Below, one piece after another: positions 19,782-29,371 of a DNA stretch of 49,849 nt. How positions within the stretch are numbered: the stretch's first letter is position 1; every line of letters begins with the position of its first letter. Position numbers and translations under genes: made by a program. Origin of the DNA: Bacilli bacterium (lineage in GTDB: Bacteria; Bacillota_I; Bacilli_A; RF39; UBA660); contig JAEEMF010000001.1 of the NCBI GenBank assembly GCA_016283075.1, forward strand, positions 1 to 49,849, written 5' to 3'. The notes beneath the pieces were generated by a model, which saw only the letters and a program-made list of their open reading frames with translations, did not search any database and was not told the DNA's origin.

Positions 19782-21737
19782 TTAACTTATTTTAAAAGTT
19801 TTAACTTTCTCAGTTTTTTTAACATTAAAATCAGCTATACTATCAATTGATATAAGCTTATCCTTATTGTCCTCTTCTCTTAAAGCCCTAATGCTTCTCT
19901 TACCACTAGGGTCAACAGGAAAGCCTTCAATAAAGCTATGTATTCTAAATGAAATTCTAGGAATGATTTCAACTGATATTTCATTATAAATTCTTAATTT
20001 ACATGAAGCTAAAATATATTCCATACTTTTCTTAGAGTCTGGTTGTTTTTCGATATGACAAACATAACTATTATCATCATTTTTAATTACTGTACAAGAT
20101 AAAATGTTCTTAGTATCTTTTGAAATTGATTCTTCAATCTTAAATGTTGGAAACATTTCTCCATTTGATAAAGTTACATAATCATTAATTCTTCCCTTAA
20201 TTTTTAAACTTCTATAATATGGATCAGCAATATATCCTAACGCACCCATTTTCATCCATTTTTTTCCATATTTATCTGTTACAAATACATCTTCGTTTAA
20301 TGAATCATCTAAATATCCACTCATGTTAGCTGGCGAGTCAACAACTAGAATACCAGGTTCATTTACATCGCAATAGCTACCATCTGGTTTTAGAACATTA
20401 TACTCAGCAAGTTTAACAGGAAGTAAACCTAAAGAATAATTTTTTCCACGAATTTTTACCTTATTATTTTGAAGTGCGTGAAATATAGTAAAGAATAATC
20501 CGCCTGTCTCGCAAGTTCCACCGCCTAGTGAAAAGGTAACTGGTGATAATGGGAAAGGTAATTTACCTGTTCCAAAAGCATGTCTTCTAGCAATTTTATT
20601 TAAAAACTTTTCTTCACCAGCAGAACATCCTTCGCCAACCAGATCAGGCAACATTAAAGATGGAAATTTTACATGTTTGTATTCCTTGCTTAAAAGTTTC
20701 TTTCCTAAATCAATCCATGTACCAGCTGTTTCTTGACAATAATTAGGTTTGTTAATTAATAATGATGTCATAAAAAATTCTTTATCCCTAAATGGCTCAG
20801 CAGCATAAGTACAATTGCAAAATAATGTATCTGTTACATTACTTAAATTAGTATGAGAGTAAACAGGAATACCAAACTGAGTAACCAAGTTCTTCATTTC
20901 TGGCATTTTAGAAACATCAGATGACTTAAATCTAGAAACTGTCACATACACTCTATTCGAATGCTTAACAGCCTTTGGACGATTCTTATTTGTAGTACCG
21001 CTTGTATAAGAAATAGTAGCGATATCATCTAATGACTGTTCTTCAATAACATTTTTATCATATGCTTTTCCTAAATCAATAAATTCATCTTGAGAAAGAA
21101 TCTTTTTATAAGAGAATGATTTATATAAATTAATACGGCTTCCAAAATCATGATTTTTTTCAAATGATTGAAATGGATTATATGGTTTACCATTTTTTTT
21201 CATCAATGAATCACTTAATGAAGGTATAATAATATTTTTAATATTACTTTTTTCAAGTGTTGAAGATATTTTAGAATAGTTATCCTCAGAAACAAACATA
21301 GTTTTACAACCTGATTCGTTTATTGTAGAAAGAAGAAAATCTTCATCAAAATATGAAGGCATAAAGTGTGATGTTACACCTATCATATTACATGCAATAA
21401 AAATATATAGGTATTCAGGTGTATTTGAAACACAGATTGGAAGAGTATCACCTTTTTTTAATCCTAATTGTTTCAAAGATTTAGCATACTCAAATGCTTT
21501 TTTATACATTTCTTTATATGTAATTTTATTACCTCTATATAATATTGCAGGTTTATCTAAATAACCACTTTTTTTATTCCTTTCATACATATAAATAGAC
21601 CAAGCAGTATTATGATTAAATTCAATATCTTCTAAAACTTCTCGCGCTTTTTTGTCTAAACGATTGCTATAAATATGATTATTTGGTTTCATACTTAAAC
21701 CTTGTATTTCTTTTTCAAATTGTTCTAGAATTTCCAT
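19782..21737 (-). CDS. Class I adenylate-forming enzyme (acyl-CoA ligase/AMP-binding family)
   Basis: YTSGTTNKNRPKAV P-loop, GGGTCE, MSGY, IKGRIND and SGKR motifs. Start moved to ATG 21737 after an AGGGGGG RBS. Substrate unknown. Confidence 0.85.
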   Translation of the reverse strand: MEILEQFEKEIQGLSMKPNNHIYSNRLDKKAREVLEDIEFNHNTAWSIYMYERNKKSGYLDKPAILYRGNKITYKEMYKKAFEYAKSLKQLGLKKGDTLPICVSNTPEYLYIFIACNMIGVTSHFMPSYFDEDFLLSTINESGCKTMFVSEDNYSKISSTLEKSNIKNIIIPSLSDSLMKKNGKPYNPFQSFEKNHDFGSRINLYKSFSYKKILSQDEFIDLGKAYDKNVIEEQSLDDIATISYTSGTTNKNRPKAVKHSNRVYVTVSRFKSSDVSKMPEMKNLVTQFGIPVYSHTNLSNVTDTLFCNCTYAAEPFRDKEFFMTSLLINKPNYCQETAGTWIDLGKKLLSKEYKHVKFPSLMLPDLVGEGCSAGEEKFLNKIARRHAFGTGKLPFPLSPVTFSLGGGTCETGGLFFTIFHALQNNKVKIRGKNYSLGLLPVKLAEYNVLKPDGSYCDVNEPGILVVDSPANMSGYLDDSLNEDVFVTDKYGKKWMKMGALGYIADPYYRSLKIKGRINDYVTLSNGEMFPTFKIEESISKDTKNILSCTVIKNDDNSYVCHIEKQPDSKKSMEYILASCKLRIYNEISVEIIPRISFRIHSFIEGFPVDPSGKRSIRALREEDNKDKLISIDSIADFNVKKTEKVKTFKIS

Positions 21738-21782
21738 AAAATCCCCCCTAGCATCAAGCCATAACCCCTTGACTTGCAAGTT

Positions 21783-21810
21783 ATTATAGCATATTTTTCT
21801 ACTTTGTCAA
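21783..21810 (-). promoter_or_regulatory. Sigma-A promoter of the adenylate-forming enzyme gene
   Basis: TTGACA-N16-TATAAT with TGC extension. Confidence 0.7.
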
Positions 21811-21877
21811 TTTTACACAAAGTGGCTTAAAAACTAGAAAAAAGAGCCTTTTATAGAAAAAGCTCTCTTTAATGTAA

Positions 21878-22459
21878 TTATTTACCTAATTTATTTTCTT
21901 TATACCAGTTAATGAAGTCAAATTTAGCATTACCCCAGAACTTTGATTCATAATCTCTATCTATCTCTCTTAATTCACTAAGTGTCTTAGTTTCTCCATC
22001 AGGAATATAGAAGTGATCATGCCATCTTCCTAAGTTTCCTTTTGACTCATATGATATAGTTCCTGTACTAGAACCAGTAAATACTACTGGGTCTTTACCA
22101 GGTTCACAATAAGCAAATGTATCTTCAAGTCTAGCTTTTCTATTAGTTTCATTTTTAATAAGTTCTAAGAAGTGTTCTACTCCTATCTGCTTATCAAAAT
22201 ATGCATTATATGGTCCTGGAAGACCTCCTAGACAATCTAAATACAAGCCTGAATCTGATTTAACACATGGTCTACCTAGTTTCTCAGCCATATATTTTAC
22301 TGAGAACTCTACTACCTCGCCACATGTTTTTGCTTGTATTTCAGGTATTTCAAAATCTGGAGTAGCTATTTCAATATCAATACCATTCTTTTCAAATAGT
22401 CTTTTAGCTTCTTCAAATTTACCTTTATTAGTAGTTAAGTATATTACTTTATTGTTCAT
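21878..22459 (-). CDS. Ham1/ITPase-family NTP pyrophosphatase, divergent (no SHR motif), copy 1
   Basis: TTNKGK, EIQ, DSGLYLDCLGGLPGPY and IPDGETKTLSE; the canonical SHR is replaced by FWGN. Confidence 0.85.
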   Translation of the reverse strand: MNNKVIYLTTNKGKFEEAKRLFEKNGIDIEIATPDFEIPEIQAKTCGEVVEFSVKYMAEKLGRPCVKSDSGLYLDCLGGLPGPYNAYFDKQIGVEHFLELIKNETNRKARLEDTFAYCEPGKDPVVFTGSSTGTISYESKGNLGRWHDHFYIPDGETKTLSELREIDRDYESKFWGNAKFDFINWYKENKLGK

Positions 22460-22463
22460 AACA

Positions 22464-23258
22464 TCACTTCCTTTTATATAAATCTATTAAGTTTTTAATA
22501 ACCATTACTGTTGTAATAGGTCCTACTCCGTTAGGAACAGGTGTAATTAATGATACTTTATCTTTAATACTATCAAAATCAGTATCACCATATAACCTAT
22601 TACCCTCTCTAATTATAGCACAATCTATGATAATAGAGTTATCTTTTACCATATCTTTAGTAATTAAATTACGTTTCCCTGCTGCAGATATTAAAATATC
22701 TGCAGAAAGTGTATTTTCTTTTAAATTAACTGTTTTAGTATTACATATAGTAGGATTAATACCTTTTGAAATAAAATATTTTTCAAGAGGTTTTCCTATC
22801 AAAGAACTATATCCTACTAAAGTAATATTTTTATTATTTATATCAATATTATAATTATTTAGTATTTCAAGTACTGCAAGTGCTGTACAAGGCATAACTA
22901 AATTATTTTTTGTAAGTCCATCAACGTCTTTAGATAGATCTATTAAATTAATTATTTCTTCTTTATCTAGATAATCTGGAAGTGGTAGTTCTACCATAAT
23001 ACCAGTTACTGAACTATCATTATTAAGTTTATTTATTAAACTAGTTAAATCTTCCTTACTTATATAATCAAAATATTGTATATCACAAGAAATATTACAT
23101 TCTTCACATACTTTCTTTTTACTTCTAACATATATATTACTAGCTTCATTATCTCCAATGCATATAATTGATAGTTTTATATTATAATTATTATTTATTA
23201 TTTCTTCTTTATATTTAGAAATAAGATTATTTCTAATACCAATACCATCTACTACCAT
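22464..23258 (-). CDS. folD: Methylenetetrahydrofolate dehydrogenase/cyclohydrolase
   Basis: YVRSK, GIMVELPLP, KDVDG, PCTA, GKPL and ITPVPNGVGPIT motifs; start placed at ATG 23258 after GGGAG. Confidence 0.92.
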   Translation of the reverse strand: MVVDGIGIRNNLISKYKEEIINNNYNIKLSIICIGDNEASNIYVRSKKKVCEECNISCDIQYFDYISKEDLTSLINKLNNDSSVTGIMVELPLPDYLDKEEIINLIDLSKDVDGLTKNNLVMPCTALAVLEILNNYNIDINNKNITLVGYSSLIGKPLEKYFISKGINPTICNTKTVNLKENTLSADILISAAGKRNLITKDMVKDNSIIIDCAIIREGNRLYGDTDFDSIKDKVSLITPVPNGVGPITTVMVIKNLIDLYKRK

Positions 23259-23301
23259 AATAAAGACTCCCATCAAACATAATAATTATAACATAAAGTA
23301 A

Positions 23302-24138
23302 TTATAAATTTAAAATATCTATAATATATTTTATTGAATAAATAGTATCTTCAAACATAACATTCTTAGCATATTTAAGTTTCTTTTGGTAGTTACTAAA
23401 TAAATCATTTAATATGGTACTATCTTTAATTATTTCATAAATTTCATTTAAATAATCTTTATTTAAAATAGAATTTCGATGTTTAAATGTTCTTTCTATT
23501 GCTTTAATTAATGTTTCAGTATTAATACTTTCCTTGTGTTCATTTATTAGCATATAAATGTCATAAAAGTCTTTTGCTCTAGTTGTAGATATATTTTTAC
23601 TAATAATACTTTCAAATTTTTCTGCAATTATCGTTTCAATAGTATATGCCATAATATTAATTCTTTTATCTTCAAAAATAGATTTATATTTATATATTAT
23701 TTCTCTTGGAGTAATTATGTCTCCTGTTGATACTTCTATAAAGAAGTGAGTTTTAATTCTATCAAACTCAGCATATACATTAATTCTATAACCACCATAT
23801 TCATCTTCTAATCTAATATCATTGATGCTATCAATTCTAAATGATATTCCATCATTAGTATCTATAGATAATATTTCATTAAAGATAGTTAGAAGAGATT
23901 CTGTATTTAATGAAATACCTTTTAAAGTGGCATCTATATCCTTAGTAGTACGCATATCACATCCAATAATAGATGAAAGAAGCACACCACCTTTAAGGAT
24001 AATATTATCTCTATATTTGCTTTTTTCAAGTCTCATTAATACATGTTCAAAAAAATACATTTGATGAAGATGTAATGATAAATCATTACTACCATTAGCT
24101 TTATTTTTTATAATTGCATTTAATTTGTCACTATTCAT
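23302..24138 (-). CDS. AbiEii-family nucleotidyltransferase toxin (type IV TA)
   Basis: ILKGGVL...RTTKDID, TGDIITP, ETIIAEK and TRAKDFYD motifs; translationally coupled to the upstream antitoxin. Confidence 0.92.
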   Translation of the reverse strand: MNSDKLNAIIKNKANGSNDLSLHLHQMYFFEHVLMRLEKSKYRDNIILKGGVLLSSIIGCDMRTTKDIDATLKGISLNTESLLTIFNEILSIDTNDGISFRIDSINDIRLEDEYGGYRINVYAEFDRIKTHFFIEVSTGDIITPREIIYKYKSIFEDKRINIMAYTIETIIAEKFESIISKNISTTRAKDFYDIYMLINEHKESINTETLIKAIERTFKHRNSILNKDYLNEIYEIIKDSTILNDLFSNYQKKLKYAKNVMFEDTIYSIKYIIDILNL

Positions 24139-24731
24139 TAAAAGATAACCTGCATAATATCTACAACTTCTTTTTCAATATTTAATTTTTTAGAATATTT
24201 TGTAAGTTTTAAAAGATCTTTATCTTTTCTTTTAGCATACCATTTCAATGCCTTAGTATAAATTTCTTTATCCATATGATTTTTATCTTTAATAATGTCA
24301 CAAATAGTTCTTTCTAAATCATAACATTTAATATTCATTCCAAATGGAGATTTGATAGTTTCCACACCTAGATAAAATATTTTATTATCAACATAATGAA
24401 GTAATACTGAATCAATATTTTGAAGCGATCCACCATATCCACGAGGAACAGTTACATCAAAATAAAGTGGAGTTCTGTCTGATAAATCATGTAAAAATAA
24501 TGATGTAGTATAAGAAAAAATAGCATTCTTACTTTTAGAAAGAATTTTATAATACTCATCAGTAATTATATTAGGAAGTGAATAAAATCCAGTTGATATT
24601 CTTTCTAACAATTCGCCATCACACAATCTTTTTAAAGCCATTTTATTTAAACCATTATCTACTACTTCTTTTGTAGTAATATAACCGCCGTTTTTTTGAA
24701 CTAACTCCAAAATTTTTTCTAAATCAGTCAT
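24138..24731 (-). CDS. AbiEi-family antitoxin (type IV TA)
   Basis: N-terminal wHTH (GYITT...LERISTGFY), FSYTTSLFLHDLSDRTP and YDLERTICD. Confidence 0.92.
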   Translation of the reverse strand: MTDLEKILELVQKNGGYITTKEVVDNGLNKMALKRLCDGELLERISTGFYSLPNIITDEYYKILSKSKNAIFSYTTSLFLHDLSDRTPLYFDVTVPRGYGGSLQNIDSVLLHYVDNKIFYLGVETIKSPFGMNIKCYDLERTICDIIKDKNHMDKEIYTKALKWYAKRKDKDLLKLTKYSKKLNIEKEVVDIMQVIF

Positions 24732-24807
24732 AAAAACGCCTCCTTAATTATAATAAGTTCTTTCTTACTGAAATTGTAACATATATTAATACTAATGAAA
24801 ATACTTT

Positions 24808-24857
24808 TTGTTACTTTTTTAATTATTTTCAATATATTTTAAGTTATAAAGTAACAA
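24808..24857. promoter_or_regulatory. Inverted repeat upstream of abiEi, putative AbiEi operator
   Basis: TTGTTACTTT (24808-24817) and AAAGTAACAA (24848-24857); AbiEi proteins are known to autoregulate via promoter inverted repeats. Confidence 0.5.
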
Positions 24858-24865
24858 TTTTATAT

Positions 24866-24892
24866 AAAAAGAAGACTTAGTAAACTAAGTCT
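24866..24892 (-). terminator. Terminator of the lysR...rsmB/F operon
   Basis: AGACTTAGT-aa-ACTAAGTCT followed by a U-rich tract on the minus strand. Confidence 0.7.
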
Positions 24893-24895
24893 ATA

Positions 24896-25753
24896 TTATT
24901 TAATCTTTTCTAATTTAGATATAAAGAATCCTTCAAACTCTTTAGTAGGAAGTACTGTTATAGTACCCTCTAACGAGTTTGGAAGTGCTGGTAAATTTTT
25001 TGAATCAAGTGGAACTAGTTTAACATTTCCTTTAGAAAGTACTTTCTTTATTTGCTCTTCATTTTCTATAGGAAGAATAGAACATGTTGAATAAAGAAGA
25101 GTTCCTCCTACTTTTAAAAGTTCTATAGCTTTATTTAGAAGTATTTCTTGTACTTTAACTGATCTAGTAATTAATTCTTCATCAAACGTATCTAAATCAC
25201 TTATATTTAAAGTGCCTGTTCCAGAACAAGGAGCATCCAAAAGAATCTTATCAAATTTAAAAAAAGGATCTATATTTCTAGCATCTTCATTTAATACTGT
25301 AACTCTTTTTACTCCAAGTTTATCTAGATTATATTTTAATCTATCACATCTTATTTTATTCTTCTCAATAGCAGTAATTTTAACATCTTTTAAAGACGCT
25401 ATTAAAGAAGTTTTACCACCAGGAGCTGCTGTCATATCAAGAACTGAATCATTATCATTTAAGTCCATATATAAAGGTGGTAACATACTAGATATACTTT
25501 GAATATATATCTTTCCTTCGTTATATATATCTAGCGTTCTTATATCATAGTTATCTTTTAAGATAATTGCATTATCATAAATATTCGATATTTCATAAGT
25601 GATACTATTACTATTCAATATAGAAGTAATTTCCTCTATATTAGACTTCAAAGTATTGACTCTAAAAGTAGTATATCTATCTTTAGAATATCCATCAATT
25701 ATTTTATTATATTCATCTTTAGTATAAATACTACTAAGTCTATCTTTTAACAT
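24896..25753 (-). CDS. RsmB/RsmF/NOP2-family RNA m5C methyltransferase
   Basis: FRVNTLK, LDMTAAPGGKT, LLDAPCSGTG, YSTCS and EGFF motifs. Confidence 0.92.
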   Translation of the reverse strand: MLKDRLSSIYTKDEYNKIIDGYSKDRYTTFRVNTLKSNIEEITSILNSNSITYEISNIYDNAIILKDNYDIRTLDIYNEGKIYIQSISSMLPPLYMDLNDNDSVLDMTAAPGGKTSLIASLKDVKITAIEKNKIRCDRLKYNLDKLGVKRVTVLNEDARNIDPFFKFDKILLDAPCSGTGTLNISDLDTFDEELITRSVKVQEILLNKAIELLKVGGTLLYSTCSILPIENEEQIKKVLSKGNVKLVPLDSKNLPALPNSLEGTITVLPTKEFEGFFISKLEKIK

Positions 25754-25769
25754 AATATCACCTACTTCA

Positions 25770-26201
25770 TTATATCATATCTAAATACATACTTACTGCT
25801 TTTATTTGATAAGGAAGAAAAAGTTTAGAAAGTATTTCTTCTTTACTTACTTTAACAAGAGAAGACTCTTGTTCTAAAGGAGTATATTCTTTATCAGAAA
25901 CACTTACTACATAAAAATGTGCAAGAGAATTTACATAATGACCATGATTAGTTACCCAGTAACAGTCTATTGTTATTAAAGGAGTAGTACTTTCTATTTC
26001 AAGTCCTGCTTCTTCCATAAATTCTCTTTTAAGAGTCTCTATATGAGACTCGCCTTCTTCAATTCCTCCACCTATTAAAGAATAATCATTATTATTAATA
26101 GTTATATAAAAACTATTATTTTTATATACTATTCCAAAACAAGTTTCTCTAAAAAAGTAATCTTTATCTATTTCTTTAATACCAAGAGTTATTTTATCCA
26201 T
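25770..26201 (-). CDS. NUDIX hydrolase
   Basis: Nudix box GGGIEEGESHIETLKREFMEEAG. Confidence 0.92.
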   Translation of the reverse strand: MDKITLGIKEIDKDYFFRETCFGIVYKNNSFYITINNNDYSLIGGGIEEGESHIETLKREFMEEAGLEIESTTPLITIDCYWVTNHGHYVNSLAHFYVVSVSDKEYTPLEQESSLVKVSKEEILSKLFLPYQIKAVSMYLDMI

Positions 26202-26594
26202 TTATTTAAAATACTCCTTTAATTTATCCATAATGTCATATTTATTAAGTTCTTTTACATTTATAAATGTAGGTTCATAGTAGTTAGAATCACTCATTCT
26301 ATCAAGTTCTTCTCCATTTAAAGTGAAATTACCACTTATATACTCACAGTTATAAATGTATTCTACTCTATCTTCTGTTTCATTTGTAAAAGCTAAATCT
26401 TTTACATTTACATCTATATTAAGTTCTTCTTTTAATTCTCTTTTTAATCCGTCTATTACTTCTTCACCAGGATTTATTCCTCCTCCTGGTAAAACATAAT
26501 ATTCTTTAGTAACTCCATCTGTAATCTTTCTTCTAAAGATTACAGCTAAACCTTTATCAGTAATAACAATACCTCTAGCACTAATTCTTTTCAT
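26202..26594 (-). CDS. NUDIX hydrolase
   Basis: Nudix box PGGGINPGEEVIDGLKRELKEELN. Confidence 0.92.
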   Translation of the reverse strand: MKRISARGIVITDKGLAVIFRRKITDGVTKEYYVLPGGGINPGEEVIDGLKRELKEELNIDVNVKDLAFTNETEDRVEYIYNCEYISGNFTLNGEELDRMSDSNYYEPTFINVKELNKYDIMDKLKEYFK

Positions 26595-27294
26595 TATTAT
26601 TTCTCCTTAATCTAAAATCTAATATATTTCTTAGCACTTTATTTGCTGATGATTCTTCTATTGTTCTATCATCACGATACTTAATTTCAGTAAAATTATC
26701 GACTTTAATTGTTGGAATAGATGCACCTATAGCAGCATCGACACCTCTTTTAGAATCTTCAATACTAATACATTTATAAGGTTTTAATTGAAGTTTATCT
26801 AAAGCAATTAAATATTCTGCTGGATTAGGTTTTAATAATTCATGAGGAACATCATCCCTAGCAATAATAATATCAAATGTATTATGTAAATCATATAAAT
26901 CTAACAACTTTGAAATATACATTCTTCTACAAGTAGTAACTAAAGCAACAATTAAACCCGAATCCTTTATTTCTTTAATAAGGTTAAAATTGTCTTTTGC
27001 CTCCTCTTCTCTAATTACACTTTCAAAAAATGGCATATAATTTGCATATAATTTTTGATATATAGTATCATCTGATACATCTCGAATACTTTGATATTCA
27101 TTTCTTTTGAAGTCAAGTAATTTAGCATTTTGTTCTAATTCATACTTTTTATATTCATCTTTAGATATAACTACATTATATTCTTTAAGCAGAATATCTT
27201 TATAAGCCTCAAAAAACGCTTTTTCACTATTGATTAGCGTACCATCTAAATCAAGTAAAAGCGCTTTTATATTATCTATATTTATTTTATTCAT
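26581..27294 (-). CDS. HAD-superfamily (subfamily IA) phosphatase
   Basis: DLDGTLINSE (motif I), VTT (II), KPNP (III), IEDSKRG (IV). Confidence 0.92.
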   Translation of the reverse strand: MNKINIDNIKALLLDLDGTLINSEKAFFEAYKDILLKEYNVVISKDEYKKYELEQNAKLLDFKRNEYQSIRDVSDDTIYQKLYANYMPFFESVIREEEAKDNFNLIKEIKDSGLIVALVTTCRRMYISKLLDLYDLHNTFDIIIARDDVPHELLKPNPAEYLIALDKLQLKPYKCISIEDSKRGVDAAIGASIPTIKVDNFTEIKYRDDRTIEESSANKVLRNILDFRLRRNNNEKN

Positions 27295-28333
27295 TATTTT
27301 CTTTTACAAGAAGGATACTAATAAGTTCTTTAAGGCTTTGTGAATGAAATATTATAGAGTTCTTTAGATCAATGCTATTCTTTTTAATGATTTGAAGCAT
27401 ACTATCTTCACCAGCAATTATTAAATTGTCAATTGAAATATTTAATTTACCAAAGAAATGTTTAAAGAATACCTCATTTAATTTGGTAATATATGTAACA
27501 TTACATTTATTTCTATTTAATAATTCTGCAACAACAAGTAATTCTTTGTTATCAAATACTAAATTATCTACAAAATCATCAACAATAGGTTCTAATACAG
27601 AATATAAGCTTTTATTCTTGCGATATTCGCCCCATTTTATATTTGAACCTGCTGCTTTACTTATCTCAGCTTTATATTTTTTAAAGAATTCTTTTTCATA
27701 TTTAACTAAATAATCATCTATATCAACATATATACTCTCTGTTTCATTTTTAGAAGAGTATTTATCATTAATATTTTTAGCAACTACATCTCTATAAGGT
27801 CTAGTTTCTTCTTTCAAGCCTAAATCTTTGAAATTATTAATAAAAGTTCTTAGAGCATAATTAAGTTCTTCTCTTTTAGCATCTAATTCAGAAATAATTT
27901 CAAATTCAACAAAACCACCTATATTAGGTAATTTATCTATCATAATACTATATTTGTATTGGCCATCTTGCTTTGTAAAAGTAAGACGTTCTTTCTCTAC
28001 AATAACATAACTATAGAAACCAAGTGATGTAAATAAAGAAACAAAGTTTTCATATTCATCAATATTTGCACTTATATTATTTTCTAATTTGCAATATTGA
28101 CCAAGAAGTGAACTAGATTTACCTTTAAATGTAACTTCCATTCTAGAATTATTTGTTTTTCTAATTCTTAAACATGTTCTATTTTCAATAAATTCACTAT
28201 TAATGTCTGTAAAATATTCATCACTTTCAACTTTGGAATCAAGTTCAGCAAAGCCAAGTTCTTTTATTCTTTCAATTAGTTTCTTAGAATCTAAGCAGTA
28301 ATACTTTTCTTCTGTTTCAATTTTAATAAGCAT
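27287..28333 (-). CDS. CYTH (CyaB-like triphosphate tunnel) domain fused to a degenerate HAD-like domain
   Basis: ETEEKY, DEYF, LRIR, TFKG, KER and FVEFE CYTH motifs in the first ~180 aa; the C-terminal half begins IYVDIDDYL. Confidence 0.8.
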   Translation of the reverse strand: MLIKIETEEKYYCLDSKKLIERIKELGFAELDSKVESDEYFTDINSEFIENRTCLRIRKTNNSRMEVTFKGKSSSLLGQYCKLENNISANIDEYENFVSLFTSLGFYSYVIVEKERLTFTKQDGQYKYSIMIDKLPNIGGFVEFEIISELDAKREELNYALRTFINNFKDLGLKEETRPYRDVVAKNINDKYSSKNETESIYVDIDDYLVKYEKEFFKKYKAEISKAAGSNIKWGEYRKNKSLYSVLEPIVDDFVDNLVFDNKELLVVAELLNRNKCNVTYITKLNEVFFKHFFGKLNISIDNLIIAGEDSMLQIIKKNSIDLKNSIIFHSQSLKELISILLVKENNE

Positions 28334-28336
28334 AAA

Positions 28337-29371
28337 TTAATCCTCCTTCTTTATGTATGCAACCATATATTTACCTAGAATATTAGTAAACATATCATAT
28401 TTAATGTCATATTCTTTAAAAGATGAAGAAACTACGCTTTTAAATTGCATCTCATTTAAGAAGCATTCTCCGTTGTCTTTTAAAAATTTTCTATATAACC
28501 ATTTATTTAATAATTTTGGAAGACCAAGATGTTCTCTTGGATCAATAATTTCTATAATAACAATTCCAGTTTTAGAAATATTATCCATAAGATTTAGTAA
28601 ATTATTGATACCTATTAAACTATTCATATGATGAAGTGTATTTTTACAAAATACAACATCATAACTATTATTTTTAATATTATTGTATTCAACATTGTCG
28701 TTAGTATAAACAACATTTTTATATGGAGTTTGAGATAGATATTTTATGCAAACATCATTACCAACTACTGTCTTATAACCATGTTTTGAAGCAACTTCAA
28801 ATAAATCTGTACTATCACCACATGATATATCAATTATAGATTCTTTGTTTGGTAAAATATCATAAATCATTTTTTTAAATTCAGCTTTTTTTCTTTTCTT
28901 TTCAGTAAGTATATATCTCTTTATATATTTTTCATGAAATTTATATCTATTAATATATTTTAAAGATGTTTCAATCTCTGTATTAACTGTTGAAGATATA
29001 TATGAAAGATTAAAATTATCTATATGAAATTTAACAAGCTTTTTATATTTATCAGGGATTTGATTAATTGGAACTCTGTTAAGTTCAGATGATTCCACAT
29101 TCCCTACACGAAATGCAAAAACAAGAGTATCATTGCAAAAACAAACAGGATAGTAATTCTTTATCTTTAATTTATAAGTATTTGATATTTCATCAACAAG
29201 ATTAAGTATAGAATTAGTCTTATTATATTCAGGGAACTTATCTTTCTCTAAGTAATAATAATATTTATCATCAAAAACTAAAACAAGTAGTTTTTTATTA
29301 GAAACAGGCAATTTTAAAACTTTAAGATTATAATGTTTCTTATAAAATCTAGTTAAATCATTAGTTTTCAT
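28337..29371 (-). CDS. Class I SAM-dependent methyltransferase with an uncharacterised N-terminal domain
   Basis: IIDISCGD (motif I variant), VVGND and YDVVFCKNTLHHM. Confidence 0.78.
   Translation of the reverse strand: MKTNDLTRFYKKHYNLKVLKLPVSNKKLLVLVFDDKYYYYLEKDKFPEYNKTNSILNLVDEISNTYKLKIKNYYPVCFCNDTLVFAFRVGNVESSELNRVPINQIPDKYKKLVKFHIDNFNLSYISSTVNTEIETSLKYINRYKFHEKYIKRYILTEKKRKKAEFKKMIYDILPNKESIIDISCGDSTDLFEVASKHGYKTVVGNDVCIKYLSQTPYKNVVYTNDNVEYNNIKNNSYDVVFCKNTLHHMNSLIGINNLLNLMDNISKTGIVIIEIIDPREHLGLPKLLNKWLYRKFLKDNGECFLNEMQFKSVVSSSFKEYDIKYDMFTNILGKYMVAYIKKED

Noticed and set aside
22464-22466. Genetic code 4 (Mollicutes-like UGA=Trp) given the low GC
   Set aside because: folD and radC end at TGA at their natural C-termini, conserved Trp residues use TGG, and cell-wall genes are present.
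27287-28333. Firm call of class IV adenylate cyclase (cyaB)
   Set aside because: Most CYTH proteins are triphosphatases; the visible motifs cannot distinguish cyclase activity.
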